Shown here piece after piece: positions 63,230 to 64,000 of a DNA stretch of 64,000 nt (position 1 is its first letter; the number at the start of each line of letters is the position of its first letter). The stretch lies in assembly GCA_963787495.1 (NCBI GenBank), contig CAWBDA010000004.1, positions 166,015 through 230,014 of the forward strand, given 5' to 3'. The stretch is from an uncultured Acidobacteriaceae bacterium (GTDB lineage Bacteria; Acidobacteriota; Terriglobia; Terriglobales; Acidobacteriaceae). Position numbers and translations under genes: made by a program. The notes under the pieces are model-generated. The model worked only from the letters and a program-made list of their open reading frames with translations, did no database searches and was not told the DNA's origin.

Positions 63230-63862
63230 TTACCTCAGAACCCGGAAAAATTCCTCTGCTGATTTCCTAGGATCCCGTAACAGATCAGATATCACCGCCA
63301 CGGAATCGGCCCCAGCCTCAATCACGGAAGCTGCATTGCCCCGCGTAATCCCCCCAATAGCCACCAGGGGCTTCCGAGTCAACGACCGCGACCGGCGCAC
63401 CCCTTCAAGGCCCACCACAGGATCAGGCCGCTCTTTACTAGAGGTCGAAAACACGGGTCCAATGGCTAGATAGTCCGCCGACGTCTGATCCGCTTCTCTC
63501 ACCTGCTCCGGATTATGCGTCGAAACCCCAAGCCAGCTTCCCGAGCCAATGATCCCGCGAACCGACTCCGGCAAGAGATCGTCCTGCCCAACATGCACCC
63601 CGTCGAACTCCGCGAGGACACACAAATCCGCTCGATCATTCATGATGAGCGTTGGTACGTGTGGAGCCGGCGCCCTCGCCCGCAACTGCCGATGCAATTC
63701 GCGAGCCTGCTCCAGCATAACGCGAGCATCCCCGCTCTTATTGCGGTATTGCAGCAGCGTGCACCCGCCGGCAATAAGCTCCTCCGCAAAAACCGCGAGT
63801 TCTTCAGTAGTTGAAAAGAACGCCGCATCCACGACGGCGTAAAGGCGAGGAACAGAGATCAC
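63230..63862 (-). CDS. thiE: thiamine-phosphate synthase
   Basis: RLYAVVDA..., LLQYRNK, VHVGQDD, and AIGPVFST motifs. The GTG start overlaps the upstream stop (GTGA). Confidence 0.9.
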   Translation of the reverse strand: MISVPRLYAVVDAAFFSTTEELAVFAEELIAGGCTLLQYRNKSGDARVMLEQARELHRQLRARAPAPHVPTLIMNDRADLCVLAEFDGVHVGQDDLLPESVRGIIGSGSWLGVSTHNPEQVREADQTSADYLAIGPVFSTSSKERPDPVVGLEGVRRSRSLTRKPLVAIGGITRGNAASVIEAGADSVAVISDLLRDPRKSAEEFFRVLR

Positions 63863-64000
63863 GCCGCCGAATCCTTCTTGCCAGCCGCCAGAAATCGCTC
63901 GATAAACCCCGTATCAAATTTCCCCGCGCGAAAGTCCGAATCAGCAAGAATCTTCCGGTGCAGCGGAATCGTCGTATAAACCCCCTCAACAATAAACATC
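63859..64000 (-). CDS. accC: acetyl-CoA carboxylase biotin carboxylase subunit, C-terminal fragment
   Basis: Minus-strand translation ...[41 protein letters not shown]. The 5' part lies outside the window. Confidence 0.8.
   Translation of the reverse strand, partial: MFIVEGVYTTIPLHRKILADSDFRAGKFDTGFIERFLAAGKKDSAA

Noticed and set aside
1-64000. Search for mobile elements, prophage, integrons and toxin-antitoxin or defence islands
   Set aside because: I recognised no transposase, integrase, recombinase, reverse transcriptase, restriction-modification or known defence-gene signatures in any frame. The tail-collar protein at 8230-8820 is an isolated secreted MdpB-like gene without phage neighbours.

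Overview
This is a high-GC chromosomal segment of about 64 kb. Its gene content looks like a soil Acidobacteria-type bacterium, but that is an inference I cannot verify here. I can support about 55 protein-coding genes. They include a rho 3' end, the membrane pyrophosphatase hppA, an S53 sedolisin, comM, and an hrcA-grpE-dnaJ-rsmE-helicase string on the minus strand. They also include cydAB, an AAA+/vWA pair followed by a rhomboid, a PadR module, two sigma54-activator/histidine-kinase modules, fabI, tsaE, nnr, two APC permeases, thiE and an accC 3' end. I found no rRNA, tRNA, CRISPR array, transposase, integrase or phage block, so this is core rather than accessory DNA.

The most unusual signal is non-coding. 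Many intergenic spacers are filled by tandem 7-8 nt repeat arrays, usually arranged as inverted pairs. Two families (CAGTGGY and CAGTTCT) occur at seven loci. Their arms repeatedly start at or inside the upstream stop codon and end 3-6 nt before the downstream start codon. That is exactly where a Shine-Dalgarno sequence would be expected, and none is present at those starts.

Other observations:
- A promoter-to-terminator mini transcription unit in an AT-rich island carries a 13-codon poly-lysine micro-ORF.
- The dnaJ J-domain begins upstream of any canonical start codon.
- The hrcA operon lacks dnaK and has no canonical CIRCE element.
- A 34-bp palindromic repeat brackets hppA.
- A perfect CRP-type palindrome lies upstream of cydAB.
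- Between 42 and 57 kb there is a cluster of gene-decay signatures: three frameshifts, an internally deleted EEP gene and a paralog 3' fragment.

All calls come from reading the sequence and the supplied ORF track. No database search was run.
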